Assembly: GCF_963921235.1 (NCBI RefSeq)
Contig: NC_086097.1
Location: 207,764,001 to 207,828,000, forward strand
Direction: 5' to 3'
Source: Mobula hypostoma
Taxonomy: Eukaryota
DNA length: 64,000 nucleotides
This document shows, piece after piece, positions 41,311 to 55,399 of this stretch. The position numbers and the translations under genes were made by a program. Every line of letters starts with the position of its first letter. The stretch's first letter is position 1. Below the pieces are notes generated by a model. It worked only from the letters and a program-made list of their open reading frames with translations. It was not told where the DNA came from and made no database searches.

Positions 41311-41764
41311 GTCTTATTTCAATTTCATTGAAATTTGATCAATGGCAAAAAATAAACAACAAGAATAGAAAGACCCTCAGTTCCAAAATAACCTTTTATT
41401 TCATGCAAGATTTTCTAAGGCAACTAGTTTTGTTTGAAGTTAATAGTTGTTCACATGACTGGCTTTATTATTTCTTAGCCAGCAGGAGAAGGATTTCAAT
41501 TTGACCATTTCTACCAGTTTATTAATCTACAGTTTGTCTGCTCTTAGCAAAAATGCTAATTTGAATCTGAAGAACACCATTCCATTTGCTTCAGGGTCTT
41601 TTTTCACTCTATTAAATATCCTGAGTTGTTTTTAACCATGTGTGCAGCAGCACATTAGAATATTCCAAAATAATACAGTTCTTGCTCTTAGACATGTATT
41701 TTCCACTCTAAGCCAGCATTTTGGGTGCTCAGAAAAATGAATGCAGACTGAGTAATGCAGATGT

Positions 41765-41905
41765 GTCCTGATGAAGGGTCTTAGCCCAAAATATCAACTA
41801 TTTATTATTCCTCTTTGCTGCAGATCAGGACTGACCTGCTGAGTTCCTTCTGCATTTTGTATGTGTTGCTCTGGATTTTCAGCATCTGCAGAATCTCTTG
41901 TGTTT
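41765..41905 (+). mobile_element. Penelope-like end with a decayed hammerhead core
   Basis: GTCCTGATGAAGGGTCTTAGCCCAAAATATCAAC: CpG positions appear deaminated relative to the copy at 48748. Confidence 0.7.
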
Positions 41906-42774
41906 AAGTAATGCTGATGATTGATACTGTAAGCAGGATTTCACTTTAAGCACCATCTGGTCACGAGAACCTGCCTTAGACCATGCTGTTTCAGGGTTCC
42001 ATCTTCTGAGGACTGGCATCGTACAGGGTCTTTCTGATGCCAGCACCTGAAAGGCCGTGATATTTAGAGATATTTTGCCTGTGGAGTGACTGGTTGACAA
42101 AGGTGCCCAATGCCCCTAGCATTAGTCACAACCAGAAAAGACTGCAGATTGTATTTCATTAGAATTGACAGTGGCAATATACTTGCTCAAAGCAGAGATA
42201 ACTTATGGAATGTTTTCATTCAGATTATGAGTCATGCCACACAAAAAGATCTGAGAAGAGCCTCCCCTTTAAGAAAAAAAAACCATATAAACAGGTGTTG
42301 GATTAAACTGTATAATTGCTGTTTTCTTTGCAGTTTAGCTTTCCTATGCATGCTTGTATTTTATATAATTACCTAAATATATACAATTTTTCAGTATATT
42401 TCTTCATTGTCACAGTGCAATATGTATATGCAATTGTTCAGTGTGTCCCCTAGTGGTTACAGTCTTATCTTTCCGGAAGCTTCTTTGGTGATGCATTATA
42501 TGAATATGGATTAACTGATTGGTTAACTCAAATCTACAAATTTGAATGGAATGTCTCTTATCTATGGTACAGGAAGGGCAGAGTGCATTGGCCTGCCATC
42601 TTTTCTTCTTCTTCTCTGTCCCCTGTTAGAGTTTTGCTACTCTCCAATTCCTCTGTACTCTTTGCAGTTAAAAAATGATCACGAAGCAACAACTTTCATG
42701 CCTCTTTCTTGACTTCTGAAAGAAACTTGGATCAAAAAACATTAGAATCTGACTCAAGGCACATGTTAATGATG

Positions 42775-43830
42775 ACTAGCATAGTGGTTAGTGCAATCAT
42801 GTTACAGTGCTAGTGATCACTGATCGGTGTCCAATCCCCACCGCTGTGTTTGTATGTTCTTCCTGTGACGCATAGGTTTCCTCCTGGTGCTCTGGTTTCC
42901 ACCCACATTCAAAGATGTACAATTAGGTTAGCAAGTTATGAGCATGCTTTACTGGTTCTGGAAGCGTGGCAATACTTGCTGACTGATCCCAGCACAACCC
43001 TTGGACTGTGTTGTTCATTGTCGTGAAAACAGCGCAGTTCAATGTTCAAAATAAAATTTAGTATCAGTGTACATACACATCACCACATACAACCCTGAGG
43101 TTCTTTTTTCTTGTGGGTCTACTTAACAAATCTATAAAACAGTAACTGTAAACAGGATCAATGAAAAACAATCTCCATTGAGAATGGGGGAGATTCAAAC
43201 AAGAGGACATGAGTTGAGAGTTAAAGGGCAAAAGTTTAGAGGTAACATGGGGGGGATCTTCTTTACTCAGAGAGTGGTAGCTGTGTGGAACGAGCTTCCA
43301 GCAGAAGTGATTGAGGTAGGTTCGATGTTGTCGTTAAAAGTTAAATTGGATAGATATTTAGACAGGAAAGGAATGGAGGGTTATGGGCCGAGTGCAGGTC
43401 GATGGGACTAGGTGAGAGTAAGAGTTCGGCATGGACTGGAAGGGCCGAGATGGCCTGTTTCCGTGCTGTAATTGTTATATGGTTGTATGTTTAAATGCAA
43501 ATATAAATAAATAGCAATAACTAACAAATAACAAGCGTGAAATCACAAGATAAAGAGTCCTAAAATTGAGCCCATCGATTGTGGGAACACAGGAAGTAGA
43601 ATGAGTGTAGTTATCCCCTTTTGTTCAAGAGCCGGATGGTTGAGAGGTAGTAACTGTTCTTGAACCTGGTGGTGCAAGTCCTGAGGCACCTGTACCTTCT
43701 ACCTGATGGCAGCAGTGGTAAAAGAAAAAGGCCTGGATTGTGAGGATCTTTGTTGATGGATGCTGCTTTTCTATGGCAACATTTCATGCAGATATGCTCA
43801 ATGGCTGGTTGACAAATAAAGCTAATCTTT
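42775..43830. mobile_element. Nested cluster: V-SINE (+), Rex1/Babar 3' end (-, ~43040-43810) and inserted CR1 3' end (+, ~43170-43490)
   Basis: V-domain at ~42875-42905; TRGHELRVKG...FFTQRVV; LPSGRRYRCLRTCTTRFKNSY on the minus strand. Confidence 0.8.
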
Positions 43831-44874
43831 ATCTTTATAGCTTGCATAATTAAGTTACACATCACAAATTCTCAATACATCTCAAAATAAGTAATTTAAC
43901 ATTATACTGTCTGCATTTCAGGAGGAAATCCTTCGGCTAGATGTTACAAAATGGGTACACAGTGTTAGGAAAGTCAAAAGCTGAGAGAGAGAGCAATGGA
44001 AAGGCCCGGGGTCAAAGAGAGAGGACAGAAACCAATATAAATGAAATCAGACAACCTACTTAATGATTCAGAATGTTATGATTTTTTGTGAGTTAGTTCC
44101 TCAAGGACAGTGGGTTAATAAAGACCATGTGAATCATGATACTGAGCAGCATGATCTTATCTGGGTTGCCAATATGTGTAAGATGAAACAAATATTGAAA
44201 GCTTTGAATTAAAGGAACATAGACAGAAATTCCTGTGATCACGTTTCAAAGTGCGGTTTGCTCCAGTGCCTTATTGAAGTCAAGGTGAGAAACATCAAAG
44301 ACTACCTGTGCAGAATTTTTATAGGAGTAGGTGATCATCAATTGTCCCAAGTGAAAACGTTCAGCAAGGAAACACAATTGATAAGAAGAAAAGAGACAAG
44401 ATTCCCAAGAATGAGGGAAATGGGGTCTGGAATGGTGTGAGCCAAAGAAGTTAGCATAGAACTGAACACTATCAAGAATGTGGCTACATCAGATTAGACA
44501 TCTGCCCAAGCAGAAAAGCTGACAGTTTCACACATTGCGTTTGAAAATAAATTTTCAGACCTGTCTCACTGAATGTAACCTTCTAAGTTTAAAAAACATG
44601 TATCCTAAAACACCTACAAGAGTAATAAATACCGTGTATACTTACAAATCATCAGTGACACATGTAACTCATGTACAAAATTAAAGAACTGGACATACTG
44701 TACTTGTTGGCTTCTTTAAAGAACCAGTGTGTTATTAATTACAATTGATCACCATTCTAACAGCATTGTCATAAGTTCCGCAGAGAAATGTCTCCTTTTA
44801 AAATTGTGGCCATTGGAATGTAGCTTTTTTCGAAAGTTAATGCCTCAAATAAACATGGCACAAATCCTTTTTGT

Positions 44875-46885
44875 TACATGGACTTTAGCAAGACATTTGA
44901 CAAGGTCCTCCATGGGAGGTTGGTCAAGGAGGTTCAGTCACTCAGCATTCAAGATGACGGAGTAAATTGGATTAGACACTGGCTTTGTGGGAGAAGCCAA
45001 AGAGTGGTAGTAGTTGGTTGCCTCCCTGACAGGAGACCTATGGCTAGTGGAGTGCTGCAGGGATCATTGCAGGGTCTGTTGTTGTTTGTCATCTATATCA
45101 ACAGTCCAGATGATAATGTGGTGAACAGGATCAGCAGATTTATGGATGACACCACGATTAGGGGTGTACTGCTTGCAGCAGGATCTGGATCAGCTGGAAA
45201 AATGGGCTGAACAATGGCAGATAAAATTTAACGCGGACAAGTGCGAGGTTTTGCACTTCGGTGGGTCTTACACAGTGAACAGTAGGGCACTGAGGAGTGC
45301 AGTGGAACAAAGGTATCTGAGAATACAGATCTATAATTCATTGAAAGAGGCATCACAATTGGATAGGATCATAAAGAAAGTTTTTGGCGCATTGACCGTC
45401 ATAAATCAAAGGATTATGTACAGGAGATGGGATGTTATGTTGAAGTTGTAAAAGGCCTAATCTTGAGTACTGTGTGCAGTTTTGGTCACCTACCTCCAAG
45501 AAAGAAAATTTACAAAGATGTTGCCGAGTCTGGAGGGCCTGCATTATAAAGATTGAGTAGGTTAGGATTGTATTCTTTAGAATTTAGAAGATTGAGGGAA
45601 GATTTGATAGAAGTATCCAAAATTATTACTGGGATATAGGTAGGGTAAATGGACGAGTCTCTTTCCACTGAGGTTAGGTGAGACCATGACTAGAAGTCAT
45701 GGGTTAAGGGTGAAAGGTGAAAAATTTAAGGGGAACATGAGACCATGGACCATAAGATATAGGAGCAGAATTAGGATGTTTGGTCTATCAAATCTACTCT
45801 GCCATTTCATTGTGGCTGATCCACTTTCCCATCTCAGCCCCAATTTCCTACCTTCTCCTTGTATCTCTTCATGCCCTGAAGAGTCAAGATTCTATCAACC
45901 TCTGCCTTAAATTTACCCGATAACCTGTCCTCCACAGCTGCCTTTGGCAGAAAATTCCACAGATTCACCATCTTCTAGCTCAGGAAATTCCTCCTCATCT
46001 GTGTCCTTTTAAACAGCGCTCTATTCTGAGGCTGTGTCCTCTGGTCTTAGGCTCTTCCACCATAGGAAACATCCTCTCCACATCCACTCCAACAAGGCCT
46101 TTCATCATTCAATAGGGTTCACAGAGGTCTCCTCTCTCTCTGCTGAATTCCAGTGAATAGATGCCCAGAGCCATCAAATATTCCTCATATGCCAAGCCTT
46201 TCAATCTTTTTTGTGAACCTCCTTTGAACCTTCTCGAACGTCAGCACATCCTTTCTTAGATAAGGGGTTCAAAACTGCTCACAATACTCCAACTGAGGCT
46301 TCAGCATTGTCTTTTAAAGCCTCAGCACTACATCCTTGCTTTTATATCCTGGTTCTCCCAAAATGAATGCTAACATCGTATTTGCCTTCCTTAGCACTGA
46401 CTCAACCTTAAACCTTTAGGGAATCTTCCACGAGAAATCCCAAATCCCTTTGCACCTCAGGTTTTTGAAATTTCACTCCAATTAGAAAATAGTCTAGTTT
46501 TTATTTCTTCTATCGAAGTACATAACCATACATTTCCTGAAACTGTATTCCTTCTCTCACTTCATTGCCCATTCTCCTAATCTAACTAGGGCCTTCTGCA
46601 GCTTCTCTACTTCTTGAAAACTACCTATCTTTGTATCATCTGCAAACTTAGCAACAAAGCCATCAATTTTGCCATCCGCATCATTGATCTGTAATGTAAA
46701 AAGAGGGGAAACTTCTTCACTTAGACAGTGCTCCATTTCAAATTTTAAGTCAAGTTTGGATTATAGGAGTATGGATGGCTATGAGCCCAGTGGTGGTCGA
46801 TGGGAGTTTACTGTTCAAATGGTTCAGCATGGACTAGATGGGCTGAATGGCTTGTTTATGTGCTGTACTTTTCTATGATTCTACG
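44875..46885 (+). mobile_element. CR1 LINE (+) interrupted by an inverted CR1 of another subfamily (~45740-46703)
   Basis: MDFSKTFDKVLHGRL...KFKGNM breaks at ~45740 and resumes RGNFF at ~46703. Confidence 0.85.
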
Positions 46886-47607
46886 CAGGGCTTCATCTGT
46901 TTAACAATAATGCAAAATTTTATGTTGCATTACTTATTGTTGCTTAGTAACTGTTATGTGGGAAGAATTATGGTATTACAGTATTGGTGAAGATGTGCTG
47001 ATTTTGATTGGAATTTTTAAATGAAAACAGCAAAGAATCACCTGATTTAAAACCAATGTCTGTATTAGCTGTACAGTTCCTTTCCTGTCCAGGTTGTACA
47101 TTTGAGGTGTTGCAATTTTCTCTTTAATATAAGCAGGTATAAAATTATGGAAGATATTTTTAAGTATAGTTGATTACTTGGCCCAGGGTGTTCAACACAT
47201 GAGATATGTGAATTCACTTTTAAATTAAATAGAAAATCAATGATTGAGAGTGATATGAATTTTAAATATAAGAATGTATATTAATGTTGAAACACATTCT
47301 GTTCCTGTCCTTGTAGGGGCATACAGATCCGTTTGAACCTGAATAAAGAAATATTTGTATTTATTTAATATTCTGAGGAGTGATTCATGCTTCAGTGACT
47401 GGAAACCAAACTAACAATGACTTTATTTAACCTTTCACTCAAAAGTTTATTATTTTATTTTGCATAAAGTTGATTTTTTGCCTTAAACATACCTTTAGCA
47501 GACATACGCAAACAACAGGAATTCTGCAGATGCTGGAAATTCAAGCAACGCACATAAAAGTTGCTGGTGAATGCAGCAGGCCAGGCAGCATCTCCAGGAA
47601 GAGGTGC

Positions 47608-47643
47608 AGTCGACATTTCAGGCCGATACCCTTCGTCAGGACT
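47608..47643 (-). ncRNA. Minimal hammerhead motif, opposite arm
   Basis: AGTC-CTGACGA-AGGGTATCGGCCT-GAAAT-GTC-GACT (stem III C>T change). Confidence 0.6.
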
Positions 47644-48747
47644 AACTCAAGGAAGAATGAGTAAGGGATTTGAAAGTTGGAGGGGGAGGGGGAGATCCAA
47701 AATGATAGGAGAAGACAGGAGGGGGAGGGATGGAGCCAAGAGCTGGACAGGTGATAGGCAAAAGGGATACGAGAGGATCATGGGACAGGAGGTCCGGGAA
47801 GAAAGACAAGGGGGGGCGGGGCCAGAGGATGGGCAAGGGGTATATTCAGAGGGACAGAGGGAGAAAAAGGAGAGTGAGAGAAAGAATGTGTGTATAAAAA
47901 TAAGTAACAGATGGGGTACGAGCGGGAGGTGGGGCACTAGCGGAAGTTAGAGAAGTCGATGTTCATGCCATCAGGTTGGAGGTTACCCAGACGGAATATA
48001 AGGTGTTGTTCCTCCAACCTGAGTGTGGCTTCATCTTTACAGTAGAGGAGGCTGTGGATAGACATGTCAGAATGGGAATGGGATGTGGAATTAAAATGTG
48101 TGGCCACTGGGAGATCCTGCTTTCTCTGGTGGACAGAGCGTAGGTGTTTGTGGCCACTGGGAGATCCTGCTTTCTCTGGCTGTGGCCACTGGGAGATCCT
48201 GCTTTCTCTGGCTTTTTTTCATTTTAATTCCACATCCCATTAACACCTACGCTCTGTCCGCCAGAGAAAGCAGGATCTCCCAGTGGCCACACATTTTAAT
48301 TCCACATCCCATTCCCATTCTGACATGTCTGTCCACGGCCTCCTCTACTGTAAAGATGAAGCCACACTCAGGTTGGAGGAACAACACCTTATATTCCGTC
48401 TGGGTAGCCTCCAACCTGATGGCATGAACATCGACTTCTCTAACTTCCGCTAATGCCCCACCTCCCCCTCGTACCCCATCTGTTACTTATTTTTATACAC
48501 ACATTCTTACTCTCACTCTCCTTTTTCTCCCTCTGTCCCTCTGAATATACCTCTTGCCCATCCTCTGGGTCCCCACCCCCCCGTCTTTCTTCCCGGACCT
48601 CCTGTCCCATGATCCTCTCGTATCCCCTTTTCCCCATCAGCTGTCCAGCTCTCGGCTCTATCCCTCCCCCTCCTGTCTTCTCCTATCATTTTGCATCTCC
48701 CCCTCCCCCTCCAGCTTTCAAATCCCTTACTCACTCTTCCTTCAGTT

Positions 48748-48783
48748 AGTCCTGACGAAGGGTCTTGGCCTGAAACGTCGACT
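48748..48783 (+). ncRNA. Minimal type I hammerhead ribozyme motif (Penelope-type)
   Basis: AGTC-CTGACGA-AGGGTCTTGGCCT-GAAAC-GTC-GACT; predicted cleavage after C48779. Confidence 0.75.
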
Positions 48784-49844
48784 GCACCTCTTCCTACAGA
48801 TGCTGCTTGGCCTGCTGCGTTCACCAGCAACTTTGATGTGTTTAGCAGACATACGGTTTGCTTGATTTAAACTAAGGCAGGTTGATCTGCTACCAGAAAT
48901 GTTTTTCCATGTGACTTCAGCTAGATTTTTGGCAAATAAAAGATTATGAGAATAGAAACCAATTGCAAAAGAAAAGCAAAACAATACTTCTGCTTGCAGA
49001 AATAACATGACAATTTGTGGTTCCATTAGATTTCAGCCTTGAAATATACTTTTCAAATTTATAACACAGCACCCTATTCAGGTAATAAACATGATTGAAA
49101 GAATATTTCAAATCACTTTTAATCATTTGCATGTAGTCATTCAATGTTTTATATCTAACAAAAATATTTTTATCTCAAGTCGGTAACAAAGCAGTCATCA
49201 TCAGAACAGAAAGACACATAATTCAATAAAAGACAATGTCAATCATTTCTCTTTCTTTGCAGTTCAGCACTTCCTTACCATCACACTTACACCATTTCCA
49301 GTGTAATTTAGGTGGAAGTGAGGGGAATGTGTGCCTCATTCATGTAGGTATATTGGGATAGGGTTCAGGATGTTGCCGTAATTCTATTATGCAGAGCCTG
49401 GGCAGAAAGGGAGTGTGGACTCCCCTTCTACTCCTGCCTAAGATATTCAGGTTTTATCTGCTAACCTAAGTGCTGCTAGCCTCTTCTCTCATACGGCCAT
49501 TTCTTCAGCACATTACTGCAGATATAATATCCACTAATCTGGCTACCAGGAAGTTCTCGGCAAGGTAACAATCATTATTCTGACAGATGGTGTTTTCAGA
49601 TGTTCCTTTGGCAATGTGACTCACATTACGTGGGATGTATATGTAATTTCAGACCACAACCCCGACCCATGCCAGAATGGAAAATCTACTTCACTCAGTC
49701 TTTGATTTGATGTGCTGGGAGAAATAATAATATATTGCAAGCTACTACAGGTTGATGGAATTGTGTTAACACCATTGTTCTCTTTAGAGAAAAACATGGA
49801 AAAGTTAGAAAATGTGAACAATTAGGATGTGGACATTTGGCACA

Positions 49845-51670
49845 AGAATCCAATTGCTGGATGAGCTCAGTGGGTTGAGGAGCATCTGGGGAGGGACAGG
49901 AGTTGTCGACCTTTCAGATTTAACTCAATAATGATGCAAAATTTTGACCCAAAGCTGCAGCTGCAAGGAAGATATGTCGGGGAAGATATTCACAGTCAAT
50001 GTGAGGCTTGACCTTCATAGAAAGAACAGATTGAGCATGGGACATGACAAGCAAATGCCTGCTGTGTTTCATCCTGTATTTTTCATCAATGGCAGCCTTG
50101 GAAAACCTGAGTTGGAAAAACTTTGTAAATTAGAGAGGTCAAAGTCAAATATGATTTCCTCAGATGGGGCAAAAAGCAAATTGCCAGAGGAGTTCAGTGG
50201 ACCAGACATAATCTGGGGAATCCAATGAGTTAAGTGTGTGGATCATCAATAGAGTGTACCGGATGGGATAGGGGAAATAAAGTGTGTAATCGGTTGGGCA
50301 TTTCAAACAGAAGGGGTGAAAGGACCGTGAAACAGGAGTGGAGTTGGGGGACGGGATGTTGGAAAGAAGGTGAATGAACCTGAAAGATTAGGAAGAGCAG
50401 AAAAGTAACACAGGCCAGACTGATTACGTGAAATTGTGAAAATTACGTATAACGAAATGAACATGGAGCTTTCCAATTTCAGGCAACTCACTCCCCCTCC
50501 CCTCATGTTCTTTTCTGCCTCCTTCTGATCCACTCTGATTCTCTCACCTTACCTCCTTCTTTCCAACATCATATCCCCTCTTACGCTGATTCTTCCCTCC
50601 CTCGTCCCCAATAGCCTCCACTTCGTTGCAGTTACTTATCAGCCACACAGTTTAACTAAGTGGGTCTCCAACCTCTTCCCCAGCATAGCACCACGTGCCC
50701 ATCATCACTCCCTTTTCTGGGCCTATGTGTCACCTTCCTTACTTAGCAGGTTCCAGAGTCTACAGCTCTTTGTTGTCTCCATCCTATCACCTTCTGTTGC
50801 CTCCACCTACCTAGCTTAAATGCCCACCATCACCCCTTCCCATCATATATTCCCAACTTATCGATGTTGCTATAATGAAGGCAAGACCATGGCTATATTT
50901 CATGGGGAGTTTGAAGAGATTTGGTATGTCATCTAAAACACTCGGCGAGCTTCTATAGATGTATCGTGGAGAGCATTCTGACAAGCTGCATCACTGTCTG
51001 GTACTGGCGGTGAGGAGAACTACTGCACAGAACTGAAAGGAGCTACAGAAAGTTGTGAGATTAGTCAGCTCCATCATGGGTACTAGCTTCCTTAATATCC
51101 AAGATATCTTCAAACAGCAGTGCCCTTGAAAGGTAACGTCCAGTATTAAATACCCCATCACCCAGAGCACGCCCTCCTCTCATTGTTACCAACAGGAAGG
51201 AGGTACACAAGTCCGAAGGCACACACTCTATGATTTAGGAACAGTTTCTTACTCCCTGCCGTCGATTCCTGAATGGACATTGAACCCTTGCACATTACCT
51301 TACTTTTTATTTAATGTATCTCTTTTTGCACTATTTTTAATCTATTTACTGTACATATATACACTTACTGTAATTGATTCACTTATTTATTTTTTTCTTT
51401 CTATATTATCATATATTGCTGCTAAATTTGCAAAGCTCACTACACATGCCGGTAACAATAAACCAGATTCTGATTCTAATTCATCTCCTTCCTCATGTAG
51501 CTCCACCTTCCTCCTACCAGCTCCTGGCTCACTTCTTCTCTTGCCGCTTTATCCTGTCAATCTCCTCTCTGCGCTCTCAGACCTGATAGAGAGTCTCCAC
51601 CTGAAATGTTGACTATCCCTCTGCCTCCACATAAGCTACCTGAACTGCTGAGTTCCTGCAGCAATTATTC
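49845..51670. mobile_element. Old Penelope-like remnants with an inserted Rex1/Babar 3' fragment (+, ~50860-51478)
   Basis: Penelope-type ends at ~49845-49920 (-) and ~51580-51665 (+); Rex motif FYRCIVESILTSCITVWY with a GATTCT tail. Confidence 0.6.
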
Positions 51671-51689
51671 TCTCTCTCCAAATGCCTTC

Positions 51690-53134
<1,445 letters not shown>

Positions 53135-53499
53135 GTCTAATCTAACTCTTCAGAGTTGGCAGGAAGGTTGCTACCAATAAAGTCATTGATAAATTCAGTT
53201 AATTTGGCACAAACGTCAAGCTTTCTCAAAAATTAAATTGGAGATTTTTCTGCTTTGTAAGATTAAGAATCACACAAACATTTGCTCATTGAAATAACTT
53301 TTAATAAATTCAATTTTATTGCCACCCCCATTCTGGTAGTGAAATATAGACTAATTAGTCTTCCAAAACCTACATCAAAACTTTCTAAATTACCATTTTA
53401 CATTTATTTTCAGAAATTGGGAATGCTGATAATATCAGTTTTTTTTCCACTCTTAATTTCTCCTGAAAACATAATGTTTGAACTACCTCATGAATGGCC

Positions 53500-54950
53500 A
53501 TCTTTCTGGTAAAGGTTCTCTTGGCTCGGGAGTCCCATAATGAAGAACAAATGATATATTTCCAAGTCAGAATGGTGAATCACTTGGATGGGATCCTGAA
53601 GATGAATCAATAATATTAAACCTGATTCTGAGTCTGAATCTTATGTGCTTGCTGCCCTTGTCAATCATGAAAGCAAAGGAAATGGATCGAGGGGAGAAAT
53701 TACAGTGGATTTTGAAAGTGACCTGCACTGTAGCCATTGTCTATCCTCCATAAGGTAAATGCTTGCATTGGATGGCTCATCGGGTGCCAATCAATAGTGC
53801 TGCTTTGCCAAGCTTTTGTGCTCATCCAGACAAGTGGAAAGTGTTCTGTTCCACTATGTTCCTAATTTAGATCTTGGGTGTCAGAAAGAAAGTCATTTGC
53901 TGCAGGATACCATGCCTTTGACCTGCTTTTGCAGCAAGTAAGTCAACAAATTTGGTCCAAATGAGTTTTTTGGTCAATGGAGACCCACTGGATATTCATA
54001 GTGGGGGAAACTCGGTGATAGTAATGTTCTAGAATATCAAAGGCAGGTAATCGGATTTTCTGTTGTTGGAGATAGCAATTCCCCAGCACTTTTGTGGCCT
54101 GACTGTTACTTCTCACTCATCAGCCCACGCCTGGACTTGCCGTGTGGATAGCTCCATTTGCTGACCATTTGTAACTGGGTCAGACATTGTCCTGAGAATT
54201 CATGAAGCTGGGATGAGTGATCTCTGACAACCTTTACCATCTTCTTTCGTGCTAGATACAACACCACCTATTGGAGAGTTTTTTCCATTAATGACTTCAG
54301 TTTTACCAGGCCATTTCAACACCACTCTCCAGCAAATGTAGCGAGTCTCTGGAATTATTATACTCCAGAGTGAACTTAAAGGCAGCTTAGACACATTTTC
54401 TGAATGATTGGAGAATTTAAGGCCATGTGAAACTGACACAATGGAGTATTTTAGACCTGGGGCAAATTGGCCAAGATCATATTCAATAACGGGGCAGGCC
54501 TGAAGGATTTCATGTCTACACATTATTATTTTATTGTGTTTGTTCTTATGTGTAGCTACATATTCTGTCATTTTGCAGATGATTGAAAGAAGGTTGATAA
54601 GGTCTTGGGCCTTTGGTGTAGTAACCTACTTGAATTTGACCTTTTGCTTGTGAACAGAATATTTCTGGACAATCTTCCATAAAGTTAAGTAAATGCCAAT
54701 GCTGGAACTTTACTGTAATATTCTGGCAATTGGTACAGTTAATTCTGGAGCACAAATCTTCGGTATTGTAGCTGAGACATCCAATCCTATGGACTTTGCT
54801 GCATCCAGGACGCTCAACTACTTCTTCACATCATGTGCAGTGAATCAATTTGGCTGGAGACTGGCTTCTGTGGTAGTAGAAGTCTTGGAAAGAAGCCAAA
54901 GTGGATCATGTACTCAACTGCAACTATTTGGTGCATTCTAAATAATTTAC
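53500..54950 (-). mobile_element. Ancient, highly degenerate LINE-like remnant
   Basis: Composition and scattered motifs resemble an old non-LTR element; no clean ORF. Confidence 0.3.
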
Positions 54951-55097
54951 TTTAGAATTAATTCTGGAATTCAATAAAGACAATGCTAACAGTATACACC
55001 CAGTGTAGTCTAACAAGGGTGTTTTATAGCTTCTGCCTAACTTCTCCAGCACCTTTCTGCATTCTAGTAATCTACACAGAAAAGATAATGATAGATT

Positions 55098-55375
55098 TGG
55101 GCACCATGGTAGTGTAGTGTTTAGTGTAACACTCTTCTAACTTGGGCATTCCAGAGTTCAGAGTTAAATTTGGGTGTCATCTGGAAGGAGCTTGTATGTT
55201 CTCCCTGTGGGCACATGGGTTTCCTCCGGGTTCTCCAATTTCATTCCACAGTCCAAAGGAGTACCGGTTAGTAAGTTTATTGATTATTGTGCGTAGCCTA
55301 GAGTTAAACAGCTCAGTGGGGTGGCTCATTGGGTCGGAGGGGCCTGTTCCATGCTAGATCTCAAAATAACTAAAC
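55098..55375 (+). mobile_element. V-domain SINE
   Basis: GGCACCATGGTAGTGTAGTG head; GGGTTTCCTCCGGGTTCTCC core. Confidence 0.7.
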
Positions 55376-55399
55376 AATTCAGCTTTCCTCTGTTTTCTG

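Larger units (their letters stand above)
47509..48840. mobile_element. Penelope-like element, 5'-truncated, inverted (foldback) configuration
   Basis: Arms 47551-48148 and 48242-48840 are reverse complements. The plus arm encodes the GIY-YIG C-terminus HLRSVRQRKQDLPVATHFNSTSHSHSDMSVHGLLYCKDEATLRLEEQHLIFRLGSLQPDGMNIDFSNFR* (stop 48451-48453). 15-bp TSD TTTAGCAGACATACG. Confidence 0.92.
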
